NCBI GenBank assembly: GCA_965223265.1
Contig: OZ244999.1
Coordinates: 8,608,001 to 8,672,000, forward strand
DNA: 64,000 bases
Direction: 5' to 3'
DNA from: Planctomycetota bacterium
GTDB lineage: Bacteria > Planctomycetota > UBA8108 > SXIK01
Shown here: positions 1-9,308 of the stretch, piece after piece
How positions within the stretch are numbered: the stretch's first letter is position 1
Layout of the letters: the number at the start of each line of letters is the position of its first letter
Program-made: the position numbers and the translations under genes
Notes under the pieces: model-generated
Seen by the model: the letters and a program-made list of their open reading frames with translations, nothing else
Told to the model about the DNA's origin: nothing
The model's database searches: none

Positions 1-871
1 CCTTCTCGCGCCCGACGAGCTCGTCGGACACTGGAATCACGTCGGCCGCGTCGTCGTCGCTCAACTTCGAGAGCGCAGCGCTCAACTCGCGTGCGTTCTG
101 AAAGCGGTCTGCGGGAGACTTCTCGAGTAGCCGCTCGACGATGCGGCGGACTTCCGGTGGCAGCTTTTTCTGTACCCTTGGTTGAGCCTGTCGCTGGCGC
201 CGCGCGATCTCTTCCACGCTCGTGCCGCTGATTGGGAACTTCCCCGTGAGGAGGCGATGGAAACAGACACCGAATGCGTAGAGGTCTGTTCGTTCGTCGA
301 TGGTTTGATCGTCGCCGAAGCACTCTGGAGCCATGTAGTGAATGGTGCCGCGCGACGGTCGGCGTGGTGGTAGGCTCTTCCGTTCGTAGAGGCCAAAGTC
401 GATCAACTTGACGCCGCCCTCTGGTGTGACGAGGATGTTTTGTGGCTTGACGTCGAGGTGAAGAAGGCCGCGCGCGTGCAGATACTCGAGTGCTTGAGCG
501 ACTGCGCGCAGGTAGTGAAGAATCTCAGCTGCGGCGTCTCCGGGCGCGTCGCGCCGTAGCGCGGTCGCTTTGTCGTCCAAACTCTGCCCTTGGGTGTGCT
601 CGAGGGCCAAGAACGCCTGCCCGGTCAGCGGCATCCGCCCGTAATCCAACACGCGAATGATCGACGCGTGACGGAGCTGGCGCAGGAGTCGAAACTCTCT
701 GAGCAGCCCGTTCTCGACATCGCCGTCGCTGGCGATTTTCAGGGCTACCGGTCGGTCGGCCGCCAAGCGGTCAGCGGCGAGATAGACGTCGCTTGATCCG
801 CCGCGCCCTAACTCGTTGAGGATCCGATAGCGAGGATGGAGGGGAGTATGGTCTTGGCGGCGAATGATCAT
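1..871 (-). CDS. Hanks-type Ser/Thr protein kinase, N-terminal part (3' end runs off the window; probably continues into an AAA/NTPase domain)
   Basis: Not in the ORF track; translated by hand from ATG 871: MIIRRQDHTPLHPRYRILNELGRGGSSDVYLA..VALK..HLDVKPQNIL..KLIDFGL..GTIHYMAPE..DLYAFG, ending ..ELVGREK at the window edge. Confidence 0.9.
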   Translation of the reverse strand, partial: MIIRRQDHTPLHPRYRILNELGRGGSSDVYLAADRLAADRPVALKIASDGDVENGLLREFRLLRQLRHASIIRVLDYGRMPLTGQAFLALEHTQGQSLDDKATALRRDAPGDAAAEILHYLRAVAQALEYLHARGLLHLDVKPQNILVTPEGGVKLIDFGLYERKSLPPRRPSRGTIHYMAPECFGDDQTIDERTDLYAFGVCFHRLLTGKFPISGTSVEEIARRQRQAQPRVQKKLPPEVRRIVERLLEKSPADRFQNARELSAALSKLSDDDAADVIPVSDELVGREK

Positions 872-1009
872 CGGCAAGGGGCTGGCGAGTTGAGCTGCAA
901 GGGCCAGCTACAGCCTTTTCGACATAACAAACAACGCCGCAATTGGAGCTGTCGCCGGACACCAACACGCTGTCCCCCTCGACCTCGACGACCTCAGGCG
1001 AGACGTCGC

Positions 1010-2011
1010 TCAGAGATCACAGTCGGTCACAACGTCGCTCGAGGACAGCGCCACGAGCTGGCGGTCCGAAGTGTCGGTGAACAAGCTGTCGAGAAGGAAG
1101 ATGGGGTCGCTGATATCTACGAGCGCGTCGAGGTTGACGTCGGCGGAGCGCTCACAGGCGAGATCGCCACCTTCCTGGAAGAGGAACTCCAAGATCCGGA
1201 TAGGATCCGAAATATCAACGGTACCGTCAGAATTTGCATCGCCAAGTCGAAAAACCCCGATCTCGCCGATGATGTCGACTCGAATGAAGCCATCCTCGAC
1301 TTCTAGCTCCAAAAGTTCGGGGTCAGCGAACTGGTCCTCTGGCGCAAACGGCGTGCCCGAACGCCGGGCAGCGTTGTAAACCGCCATGTCGTTGTAAGCG
1401 AAGTGGCCGACGAACTCGGCTTCGCCGTCGACCGCGAAACGGAGCTCATAGGTATCCAACGCGACGCCTTCTCGGACGTGAAACTCGATTTCGGCCGAGT
1501 TGAGAAGACCCGGAGGAATTGCGAACGCGCCGCGGCCTTCGAAGTCGGCCACGACGTTAACTTGCAGCCAGCCGGCATCGGGGTCGACGTGGTATTCGAA
1601 AACCGACTCGCTGCCGACACGGTCCAAGAGCTTTTGCAATCCGGTCGACGGCACTACGTCGACGAACTCAAAGATCGTCGGATCGAACAGGAGGCTGAAC
1701 GCAAACATTGACAAGGCCTCGGTCGCCTCAAGATCGAAGGGCACGCGAACCGCACTGCCGACTCCGCCAACGACTTGGCCGAGACGAAATCGCGCCCCCG
1801 ACAATTCAGTTTCCGCGGCGCCATCGTTGCCTTCGTTCTGGCCTTCGCCTGCGTCATCGTTCGCGCCTTCCGCATCCGCGAACAGAGCCGGAAGCGGTGC
1901 GAAAAGTGACCTGTTGGTTCCCCAGGAGACCGCGGCCACGGCGATCAATATCGCCGCCGCGAGACAGCGACCCGGCGTCGGGAACTCACTTGGCCTCATT
2001 CTTGGCCTCAC
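1010..2011 (-). CDS. Secreted protein with a cohesin-like beta-sandwich and a C-terminal dockerin-like domain
   Basis: N-terminal hydrophobic signal; GSAVRVPFDL..FAFSLLFDPTIFEFVDV (cohesin-like pattern); FRLGDANSDGTVDISDPIRILEFLF..C..ADVNLDALVDISD (duplicated Ca-binding dockerin repeat). Start may be ATG 1999. Confidence 0.75.
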   Translation of the reverse strand: MRPRMRPSEFPTPGRCLAAAILIAVAAVSWGTNRSLFAPLPALFADAEGANDDAGEGQNEGNDGAAETELSGARFRLGQVVGGVGSAVRVPFDLEATEALSMFAFSLLFDPTIFEFVDVVPSTGLQKLLDRVGSESVFEYHVDPDAGWLQVNVVADFEGRGAFAIPPGLLNSAEIEFHVREGVALDTYELRFAVDGEAEFVGHFAYNDMAVYNAARRSGTPFAPEDQFADPELLELEVEDGFIRVDIIGEIGVFRLGDANSDGTVDISDPIRILEFLFQEGGDLACERSADVNLDALVDISDPIFLLDSLFTDTSDRQLVALSSSDVVTDCDL

Positions 2012-2455
2012 CCTGCATCAGTGGAATATCAGACGGTCAACTCCTGACGTTCGACCTTATCCCCTGGGGTGGCGGGTTGCAAGCGGCGGCGGGGTCGACG
2101 CCGGGATCTCGGCACGCCCTTTGCGCCGTGACGTTTTGGCGCTGTGAAGGAATCCTTCACGCCCTTCGGCAGGAGGTGTCAACACGACCTTACTGCCGCT
2201 ACAGTGAGACGTCACGACTCCGCCCAAGTTCTATTCGCAAATCTTTTTGAATAAATACTTTGCGAATGTCCTCTGGTTCGTGGCCAGCCGTTTGCAAGAA
2301 AACCATAGCCCTTCACTTCGGGCAGGGAGACGGGCAGGGGCCTGTGAAGGTTTTCCTTACGCGCCTCGTAAAAGCGAGCGCAGCCTGGGGTCGTCAGACC
2401 CCAGGCTCTTTTATTGTGGTTCAGGTTGTGGACCGCGACGGCTCACCTCGCGCGA

Positions 2456-3661
2456 TCAGTCCTCTTTGTAGTACACGGTGTCGACCGTCGCGGCCGTTTG
2501 GAAGGCGTTCTGCACCGCCTCGACCACCTGCGAGCTGTAGTAGAGGTCGACGGTTCCATTAACGGTGATCTCGGCGGTGTCGGACTCGCCCCGGTCGACG
2601 GCGCTGAAGGAGTCCGTCACCATGATGGCGCCGTAGACCTGCACCTCCGAGCCACCGCCGGTGAAGCGCAGGTCGCCGCGCACGACGATCAGGCCGTGGT
2701 ACTGAAAGTCGCCACTAATGTCGAGTGAGCCGTCGACGACAAGGATGCCGGCGCCGGTCGTCGTGCCGGCGAGAGTCAGGTCGCCTTCGACGCCAAGGAA
2801 TTTGAAGTCCTGACTCTCCCAGCTGCCCAGGTCTGCGCCTCGATAGGTGTCGCTGTCCAGAGGGGTCGCGAACGCGAAGAGCGTATCGGCGAGGTCGTTG
2901 ACATCCGCCTCCGTGGTTTCACCGACCGAGGGGTAGCCCCCCGCGCCTTCGAGTTGGTCATAGTTCCTTTCGTTCACCTGTGAGAGCAGGGCAGCGAGGT
3001 TTTCTCCTGAGTCGTCTGGGTCGGCCTCAGTCATCAGCGCCGGCAAATCGTCACCGTCCCCGTCCGAGCCGTCCGGGTTGGTGTCGTTGCCGGAGATGAA
3101 GAAAGCGTTGCCGCTGAAGTCGAGAGCGACGCTCGGGTCCACCACAAGTGAACCGACCTCGGGAACGGTGAAAGCGTCCGTCGTCTGGACGAGTTTCTCA
3201 ACCGTGATTCTCTCGCCGTCGCTGACCGCCGTTGCGAGGACGCGCTGAACGCCTGCGAACGAAGTGTCCACAACGGTCGTGTAGAGGGTCAGATCGAGCC
3301 GGTCCGATCCAATTCTGACGGGCACGACTCCAGGCTCGCCGTCGGTCGGCAGGCCGTCCGACTCGCCGTCGTCGAGCGTGCTTGGATAGCCGTCAGCGCC
3401 AAAGTCGCCGTTTTCCGTCCACTCCGTTGTGCCAATGAAGCCGGCGTCGCCGACGTTGTTTTTGAAGTCATGGATGGCGAGCGCCAGCCCTGATTCGGCG
3501 GCTCGCCGCAATTCAGACTGCGATTCGAAGAACGTCGCCTGTTGCTGGTTCTTGACGAAGAACGTCGTTTGAGCCATCGACAGTCCAGCCAGAAGCGTGA
3601 AGGCGATGACGGTGACGATGAGCGCGTTACCCTGGTTACGACCCGAAGAAATATGAAGCAT
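2456..3661 (-). CDS. PilX-like minor pilin / pilus-associated protein (paralogue 1)
   Basis: RNQG|NALIVTVIAFTLLAGL class III-type signal without Glu+5; C-terminal GxLVVDGxL..G.F.Y.GLIVVRG beta-helix-like repeats; clearly similar to 4707..5897. Confidence 0.7.
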   Translation of the reverse strand: MLHISSGRNQGNALIVTVIAFTLLAGLSMAQTTFFVKNQQQATFFESQSELRRAAESGLALAIHDFKNNVGDAGFIGTTEWTENGDFGADGYPSTLDDGESDGLPTDGEPGVVPVRIGSDRLDLTLYTTVVDTSFAGVQRVLATAVSDGERITVEKLVQTTDAFTVPEVGSLVVDPSVALDFSGNAFFISGNDTNPDGSDGDGDDLPALMTEADPDDSGENLAALLSQVNERNYDQLEGAGGYPSVGETTEADVNDLADTLFAFATPLDSDTYRGADLGSWESQDFKFLGVEGDLTLAGTTTGAGILVVDGSLDISGDFQYHGLIVVRGDLRFTGGGSEVQVYGAIMVTDSFSAVDRGESDTAEITVNGTVDLYYSSQVVEAVQNAFQTAATVDTVYYKED

Positions 3662-4045
3662 AGGCGACCTCTCTCTGTAGCTTGAGTTCCCGCAGCGGCG
3701 CCTTCAAGCGGAAGAAAGCGCCGAAAGAGAGCGTTCAAGAAACGTGCCCACATTTTCGTGCTCGTCGACAAACGATCTAACCGTTGGGATTACGGGGCGT
3801 TGTGGCAGTCCGCCCGAAGCGCGTCTCAAGACGCTTGTGAACACAGACGGGTCGCTCTGTCTGTCATCTGTACACGGGTTGCCTGTATGAACAGCTGGCC
3901 GGCCGCCGGAGACCTCTCGGCGCGTAAATGTTTCATCCTTTTGGGTCGTTCGCACTTACGGCCAACTACGCTGCCGCTCGGTTTGACGAGTTTCCGGGAA
4001 CATCGTACGTTTCGATCAGCAGACGAACTCTTGGGAGGATCAACA

Positions 4046-4624
4046 ATGATTGCGCTTCGTCAACTGAGCGCTGCCGAGCGGTCCGCGGGACTGACTCTGG
4101 CCAGCATGGCCGTGTATTTGGGGCTCATCGGGCTCTTTGGCGGGTTGATCTCTTCCGTCGTCATCGTGTCGACAAGGTCAACTGCCGAGAGCGACACCAT
4201 GAACCGAGTTGCTGAGCGTAATCGCGTGGCCGTGCTGCGCGTCGCCAGCGACATTAGAACGTCGCTCTCCGACACTTTGGCAATCGCAAACGGCGGCACG
4301 GCACTCGACTTCACGCTGCCTGGCTTTTTCGACGGCAGCGTGATCCAGCCTGGCGCGAGCATCCGCTACGAGCTGCAGTTGGTCTCCGGCGAGACCGCCA
4401 ACAGCGCTGACGACAATGGCAACGGCCTGATTGATGAGGGAGAGCTCGTACGCCGAGACATCACCGCGAGTGAAGTCGTCGCCATTTGCCAGGGACTCGA
4501 CCTCAACAACTCGAGTTTCGCGCTCAACGGAACTTCGGTGACGATCACGCTCACCAACATGGGTTCCATGCAGAACGATGACTACGAACTGACAAAGACG
4601 CTGACGGTCGCGTCGAGGAACTGA
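4046..4624 (+). CDS. PilW/PulJ-like minor pilin
   Basis: GGAGG RBS before ATG 4046; ERSAG|LTLASMAVYLGLIGL prepilin-like N-terminus; DDNGNGLIDEG acidic loop; terminal LTVASRN. Confidence 0.7.
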   Translation: MIALRQLSAAERSAGLTLASMAVYLGLIGLFGGLISSVVIVSTRSTAESDTMNRVAERNRVAVLRVASDIRTSLSDTLAIANGGTALDFTLPGFFDGSVIQPGASIRYELQLVSGETANSADDNGNGLIDEGELVRRDITASEVVAICQGLDLNNSSFALNGTSVTITLTNMGSMQNDDYELTKTLTVASRN

Positions 4625-4706
4625 GTTTTTGTAGAGATCTGTCCGGGTAGAGAAGCGTCGGATTTCCGGTTGCGAGTTTTTCAGGACACATCGAGGAAAG
4701 CACCCC

Positions 4707-5897
4707 ATGTTCCGGATGAAGCGTGACGAGGCTCAGCGCGGTAACGCGTTGATCCTGACACTGATTGCGTTCACTCTGCTCTTCGGCTTCTCGACAGCGC
4801 AGGTGATGGTCTACCTGAAGAACCAGCAGCAAGCGGATTTCTTCACGGAGAGGTCGCGCCTACGAAGCTTCGCCGAGTCGGGGCTGGCGATCGCGATCCA
4901 CGACGTTCGCGAGAACGTCACCGCGAATCCCGGTTTCGTCGGCACCCAGAACTGGACTGTCGACGTAGACTACGGCGCCGACGGCCTGCCGAGCACGCTT
5001 GACTACGGTGAGGGCGATGGCCTGCCGACGCCGGGTGAGCCAAACATTTCGCCGGAGCAGATTGGCGACGTCAGCGACTCCGCCAACCTGATCGTCTTCG
5101 TCGAGCCGACAGCGTTTGCAAACGTGCAGCGCGTCATTGCCACCAGTTACACCAACGAGGAGAGCGTGACGGTCGAGGAGCTTCTGCAGACCGATGTCGT
5201 CCAAGTGCCAAAGGTGGCTGCCGTCTACGTCGACCCAACCTCGGCGCTTGATCTCAAGGGCAACGCCTTCATGATCGACGGTAACGATTACAACCCCGAT
5301 GGGACGGCCGGCCCAGAGTCGGCGCTTCCGGGGATCGTCACCGAGAATGGCGACCCGCCCGGGGACAACCAGGCGGCGCTGCTGAGCCAGTTGCAGACGG
5401 CGGACTATGATCAGATCGACGGTCTCGGCGGCACGCCGTCGCTCGGTGAGACGGATCCTGTGGACGTCTCCGCGCTCGTCTCCGAGTTCATGAGCGTCAG
5501 CACAAATCCCGTCACCGCCGGCACCTACTCGAACATCACTTGGGGTGACTGGAACTCGAGTCAACTGGAGGTGACGACGGTTGAGGGCGACCTCCATCTG
5601 ACCGGGAATGGCTCTGGCGCCGGCGTGCTCGTTGTCGACGGCGATCTGACCATCGCCGGTGACTTCACGTTCAACGGCTTGATCTTGGTGCGCGGCGACG
5701 TACGGCTCACGGGCGGTGGCTCGTCGGTGCACGTCTACGGTTCCGTCCTGGTCACCGAGTCGTTCAACGCGATTGATTCAGAGCTCTCGGTCCTGGGTAC
5801 GGCCGATCTTTTCTACAGCTCCGAAACATTGAATGCGGCGCAGACCCTGATCAACGGGAATCCTGACTACGTCGCTGTCTACTACGACGAGGAGTGA
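4707..5897 (+). CDS. PilX-like minor pilin / pilus-associated protein (paralogue 2)
   Basis: QRG|NALILTLIAFTLLFGF; AESGLAIAI motif typical of PilX N-termini; GAGG RBS. Confidence 0.72.
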   Translation: MFRMKRDEAQRGNALILTLIAFTLLFGFSTAQVMVYLKNQQQADFFTERSRLRSFAESGLAIAIHDVRENVTANPGFVGTQNWTVDVDYGADGLPSTLDYGEGDGLPTPGEPNISPEQIGDVSDSANLIVFVEPTAFANVQRVIATSYTNEESVTVEELLQTDVVQVPKVAAVYVDPTSALDLKGNAFMIDGNDYNPDGTAGPESALPGIVTENGDPPGDNQAALLSQLQTADYDQIDGLGGTPSLGETDPVDVSALVSEFMSVSTNPVTAGTYSNITWGDWNSSQLEVTTVEGDLHLTGNGSGAGVLVVDGDLTIAGDFTFNGLILVRGDVRLTGGGSSVHVYGSVLVTESFNAIDSELSVLGTADLFYSSETLNAAQTLINGNPDYVAVYYDEE

Positions 5898-5901
5898 TCC
5901 G

Positions 5902-6594
5902 ATGAATAGGTGGTGCCAGGCGATTCTTTTGTTCACGGTTGCGGCTCTCTGGTCGGTACCGGCTCTGGGTGCTGAGACCGAAGAGGCCAAAAAGAACGCG
6001 CCGACGAAGGAGCAGGTCAAACAGTTCCAGCGGGCGCTGGAGACGCTCGCGACGTCGACGCGGCCGCAAGATCTCGCCTTCGCTGGCACGATCCTCAAGC
6101 GTGGCTATCCTGAGTCCCGTGACATGCTCGTCCGTGCGTCGAAGCGTGGCAGCAAGCGAGTTCGCGCTCAGGTCATCCGGCTCTTCGGCGAGCTCGGCGA
6201 TCCGGAGAAGAACGTTGACGTTGTCGCGAGTGCCCTCAAAGATCCTGTCAACTCCGTCCGCATGGCCGCGGTCATGGCCATGCGGCGGCTGGGCAAGGAA
6301 GGCTTCGACGCCTTGGGAAAGTTCGTTCGCAAGGAGCCTGAACACAACATTCGGAAAATGGCCGTGAAGACGTTCCAGGAGTGGGGCGACCCCGAAGCGG
6401 TTCCCCTCCTCGTCGATCTTCTTGAGTCCGAGCGCGACTCCGGCGTGCGGAAGTTCATCGTCAGAGCCCTCCATTTCCTCACGCGGGAGAAACTTGGCGA
6501 CGATTTAGCAGCGTGGAGGGAGTACCTCGAGAAGCAACGGCTTGACAAAGAACGGAAAGAGATCATCGACCATGCGCGCTCTCTCAAAGAATAG
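5902..6594 (+). CDS. Secreted HEAT-repeat protein
   Basis: Sec signal (..ALGA); repeated VRxxAVxAL / LxD..VR HEAT/PBS-lyase motifs; 4 nt after the PilX-like stop. Confidence 0.8.
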   Translation: MNRWCQAILLFTVAALWSVPALGAETEEAKKNAPTKEQVKQFQRALETLATSTRPQDLAFAGTILKRGYPESRDMLVRASKRGSKRVRAQVIRLFGELGDPEKNVDVVASALKDPVNSVRMAAVMAMRRLGKEGFDALGKFVRKEPEHNIRKMAVKTFQEWGDPEAVPLLVDLLESERDSGVRKFIVRALHFLTREKLGDDLAAWREYLEKQRLDKERKEIIDHARSLKE

Positions 6595-7063
6595 ACACGA
6601 CCTGACGGTCGGTACCTCCCTGATCGAAATCTTGCTGGCGGTGTCGATCTTTTCGATCGGCCTCCTGGCCTACCTCAACTCGTTCTACGTCAACCACCGC
6701 GCTGTGGAGTCCGTGAACGAAACGGACGAGGTCCACATCGGTTTTGAGAACACCGCGGAGTTCCTGGGTGGACAGACGTTCTCTGAGCTTTTCGACACCT
6801 ACAACAACTCGACGTTCGAGATCCCGAATTTGACAGCTCCGGACGGCTCGGATGCCGCCTGCCTCGTCACTTGTTTCGTCGATGAGACCGCGCTGCCAGC
6901 CGAGTTCGGCCCGATCACCGACATCGACGGTAACCCGGCCTCCCAGAACCAGGATGCCTCCGGATCCTACCAAATCCTTCCTGTCCGCCTGCGCGTCACC
7001 TACGCGACGTCGGGCGGGGGATCGAGGACGGTCGATCGCTACGTGATCATAGGTAACGACTGA
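6572..7063 (+). CDS. PilV-like minor pilin (prepilin N-terminal methylation motif)
   Basis: TVG|TSLIEILLAVSIFSIGLL with Glu+5; overlaps the end of the HEAT gene. Confidence 0.8.
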   Translation: MRALSKNRHDLTVGTSLIEILLAVSIFSIGLLAYLNSFYVNHRAVESVNETDEVHIGFENTAEFLGGQTFSELFDTYNNSTFEIPNLTAPDGSDAACLVTCFVDETALPAEFGPITDIDGNPASQNQDASGSYQILPVRLRVTYATSGGGSRTVDRYVIIGND

Positions 7064-7097
7064 TCACCGTCGTCCAGAGACGAGTTTGAGCTAGAAA

Positions 7098-7135
7098 ATA
7101 GAAACGGCCGCTCAAAGTTGAGCGGCCGTTTCTAT
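7098..7135. terminator. Bidirectional intrinsic terminator
   Basis: Perfect 18-bp inverted repeat ATAGAAACGGCCGCTCAA-ag-TTGAGCGGCCGTTTCTAT between convergent genes. Confidence 0.85.
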
Positions 7136-7180
7136 AGCCTTCCGTGTCTGCGCAGATCGTGTGTTGTCGACGACGCGACC

Positions 7181-7930
7181 TTACTTATGGACCTTGTGGC
7201 AACCACCGCAGCTGGTGGCCTTCTTGAGGGCGTCCGGCGCGTCCTCTTTGCCGAGCACCGCCTTCGCAGCTGCCGCCACAGAGGCACCGGCCTTCTGGCG
7301 CCAGCTGTTCATGTCGCCTTTGGTCGGCTTGAAATCGTACATGCTGATGTAGAGATCAAGGAGGTGAAGCTTCTCCTCCTGGCTCGCGTCACCGCCGCGG
7401 ATTTTCTTGAGCAGCCCATCCTTGTGGGCTTCCTTCATCAGCTTCTTGATGTCGTGCTTCGGCTCGGCGAGCGTCGCTGCGGCGCCGGCGACTTTCGGAG
7501 CCAGTCCGACGATCGAGCTGGCGTCGATGCGAATGCGTTTGCGTTCTTTCTTCTTGGCGATCTTGTGGGCCTTGTGGCAGCCGCCGCAGCTCGACGTTTC
7601 TTTGAGTTCGCCCAGTGCGCCCTCGCGGCCAACGACGACGCGCGCGGCGCTGACGACGAGGTCGGCCGTCTTCTGCGTCCAGCTGTTACCGTCGCCACCC
7701 GGGCACGGAGCTTCGAAGAGCGTCACGTAGTGGTCGAGGAGCTTGGCCTTTTCTTCGTCAGACGCCTTGTCGCCGAGCACCTTCTTGAGCAGTCCGTCCT
7801 TGTGGGCTTCTTTCATCACCACCTTGATCGCGTCGGCGTCCGCTTTCTTGGCGCTTTGCGCCTCGGACGGCAGAAGCAGTGCGGCGAGAACGAGGAGCAG
7901 GGCGATCGATACACCACCGAGTCGTGACAT
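7181..7930 (-). CDS. Secreted di-heme cytochrome c made of two tandem class II (cytochrome c'-like) helical domains
   Basis: AAGGAG RBS before ATG 7930; signal peptide; two ~90-aa repeats IK..MKEAHKDGLLKK...SCGGCHK.HK, each ending in CxxCH. Confidence 0.85.
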   Translation of the reverse strand: MSRLGGVSIALLLVLAALLLPSEAQSAKKADADAIKVVMKEAHKDGLLKKVLGDKASDEEKAKLLDHYVTLFEAPCPGGDGNSWTQKTADLVVSAARVVVGREGALGELKETSSCGGCHKAHKIAKKKERKRIRIDASSIVGLAPKVAGAAATLAEPKHDIKKLMKEAHKDGLLKKIRGGDASQEEKLHLLDLYISMYDFKPTKGDMNSWRQKAGASVAAAAKAVLGKEDAPDALKKATSCGGCHKVHK

Positions 7931-8368
7931 GGGAGGTCTCCTTCGAAATGGAAGTTCTTGAACTATGCATTGTCCGATATAAAAACAGCACCGGACAGCA
8001 CTTTTTTGCGCCCGTGCGGCCTGTCTCGAGGAGCAATTCCTTGCACCCAGCGATCTTGTCTGAGCCAAAGATCTGACTACCGCCGCCCTCGGTCAAGCGA
8101 GTTTCCCTGGGGAGTCGATTCCCCGCCTTGGGGATGCCCGCGTGGTCGTCGCGGCGGACGTCGTAACCCGTTTGATTGCATGGCTTACCGCCGCGGCGCG
8201 AATCCTCCGAAGAAATGCCCTAGAGTCGCGCTTGTCCTGAGCCGTACAGATGGCGTATGATCCGCGGTTCACCTGACCTCGGTGGGCACCGCTTCGCCCG
8301 GTCGGGCCTGCACTCCGCGGCCGATCGCAGAGGCTACACTTCCTACGTTTCTACACTCGTCACGACGC

Positions 8369-8593
8369 ATGAAAGCACAGAACAAGCTCGGATTCGAGAC
8401 CAAGCGCGGCACGTACTACGTCGACTATAAGGACGTCGACGAGCTCAAACGGTTTCTTGGTCCGAACGGCAAAATCCTGCCGCGCAAGCGCTCGCGGCTG
8501 AACTTGCGCCAGCAGCGAGCGCTTGCCAAGGCGGTTCGCCGGGCGCGCTTCATGGCGCTCCTCTCCTACGTTGGTGGAGATTCGCGCCGGTAA
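8369..8593 (+). CDS. rpsR: 30S ribosomal protein bS18 (Cys-free type)
   Basis: VDYKDVDELKRFL..NGKILPRK..QQRALAKAVRRARFMALL. Confidence 0.95.
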   Translation: MKAQNKLGFETKRGTYYVDYKDVDELKRFLGPNGKILPRKRSRLNLRQQRALAKAVRRARFMALLSYVGGDSRR

Positions 8594-8635
8594 GCTTCAA
8601 TCGCCCGGCTCCCTCATCCGTCTCGTGCATCCAGC

Positions 8636-9133
8636 TCACTTGGCGTGGTGGCCGTGTTCTTTCCGGATGTGCTTCAGATCCTCCGGGGTGAAATAGACCG
8701 ACGCGAACTTGTCGACGAGCTGGCGTAGATTCTTACAGTGGGCGTGGTCCGTTGTCTGCTTCGCCTTCATGGCCTGCACGAGCATGCCGTGGAGGCTCTT
8801 CAGCTGCTCGACGTAGTTTGGATGAGCGGCTTTGACGCGCTGCGTCATGAAGTACTGCGTCGCGATGTGCTGGATGTTGTTGGCGTGCTCTTCTTTGTTG
8901 CTCACCCAGCGGATGAGCTGATTCGACTCGAGTGGACGCGACTTCTCGAGCTCGGTGATCTGTGTCATCGACTTTTCGATCGTCTCGATGTTTTCGTAAA
9001 GCAGCGCGATGCGGGTCGAGTCGCCGTAAACACCGCAGGGGATCTCGCAGTGCGAGCGGACGATGCCATAGGTGCTCAGAACAATCAGCGACGCCGCGAT
9101 CACGACGGAGCAACTCTTCGTTGCGAATTTCAT
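8636..9133 (-). CDS. sodN: Nickel superoxide dismutase precursor
   Basis: Ni-hook HCEIPCGVYGD after a hydrophobic leader; RWVSNKEEHA; GAGG RBS before ATG 9133. Confidence 0.95.
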   Translation of the reverse strand: MKFATKSCSVVIAASLIVLSTYGIVRSHCEIPCGVYGDSTRIALLYENIETIEKSMTQITELEKSRPLESNQLIRWVSNKEEHANNIQHIATQYFMTQRVKAAHPNYVEQLKSLHGMLVQAMKAKQTTDHAHCKNLRQLVDKFASVYFTPEDLKHIRKEHGHHAK

Positions 9134-9188
9134 TCGGGACACCTCAAAAATAAATCCGATGGGTTTGGAAGAGATCAGAAGAGTGACA

Positions 9189-9217
9189 TCGTTAGGTCAT
9201 CTCCTGACAGGTGTCAA
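9189..9217 (-). promoter_or_regulatory. Putative sigma70 promoter of sodN with overlapping TGACA-N2-TGTCA palindrome
   Basis: TTGACA (9217-9212) with a weak -10 17-18 nt downstream; perfect inverted repeat at 9205-9216. Confidence 0.4.
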
Positions 9218-9275
9218 CCACTAACAGTCTGCTTAGAAAGGCGCCTCGAGCCGGAATGCGGTCTTGTTCACTTCC

Positions 9276-9308
9276 GGAGTAGCCGCGGAGTAGCCGCGGA
9301 GTAGCCGC
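9276..9308. repeat. Tandem repeat (GGAGTAGCCGC)x3
   Basis: Three exact 11-bp copies in the intergenic region. Confidence 0.9.

Noticed and set aside
8160-8192. CGTAA..TTAC imperfect palindrome upstream of rpsR (similar one near 3923-3960)
   Set aside because: Too degenerate and inconsistently spaced to call a Zur box or operator
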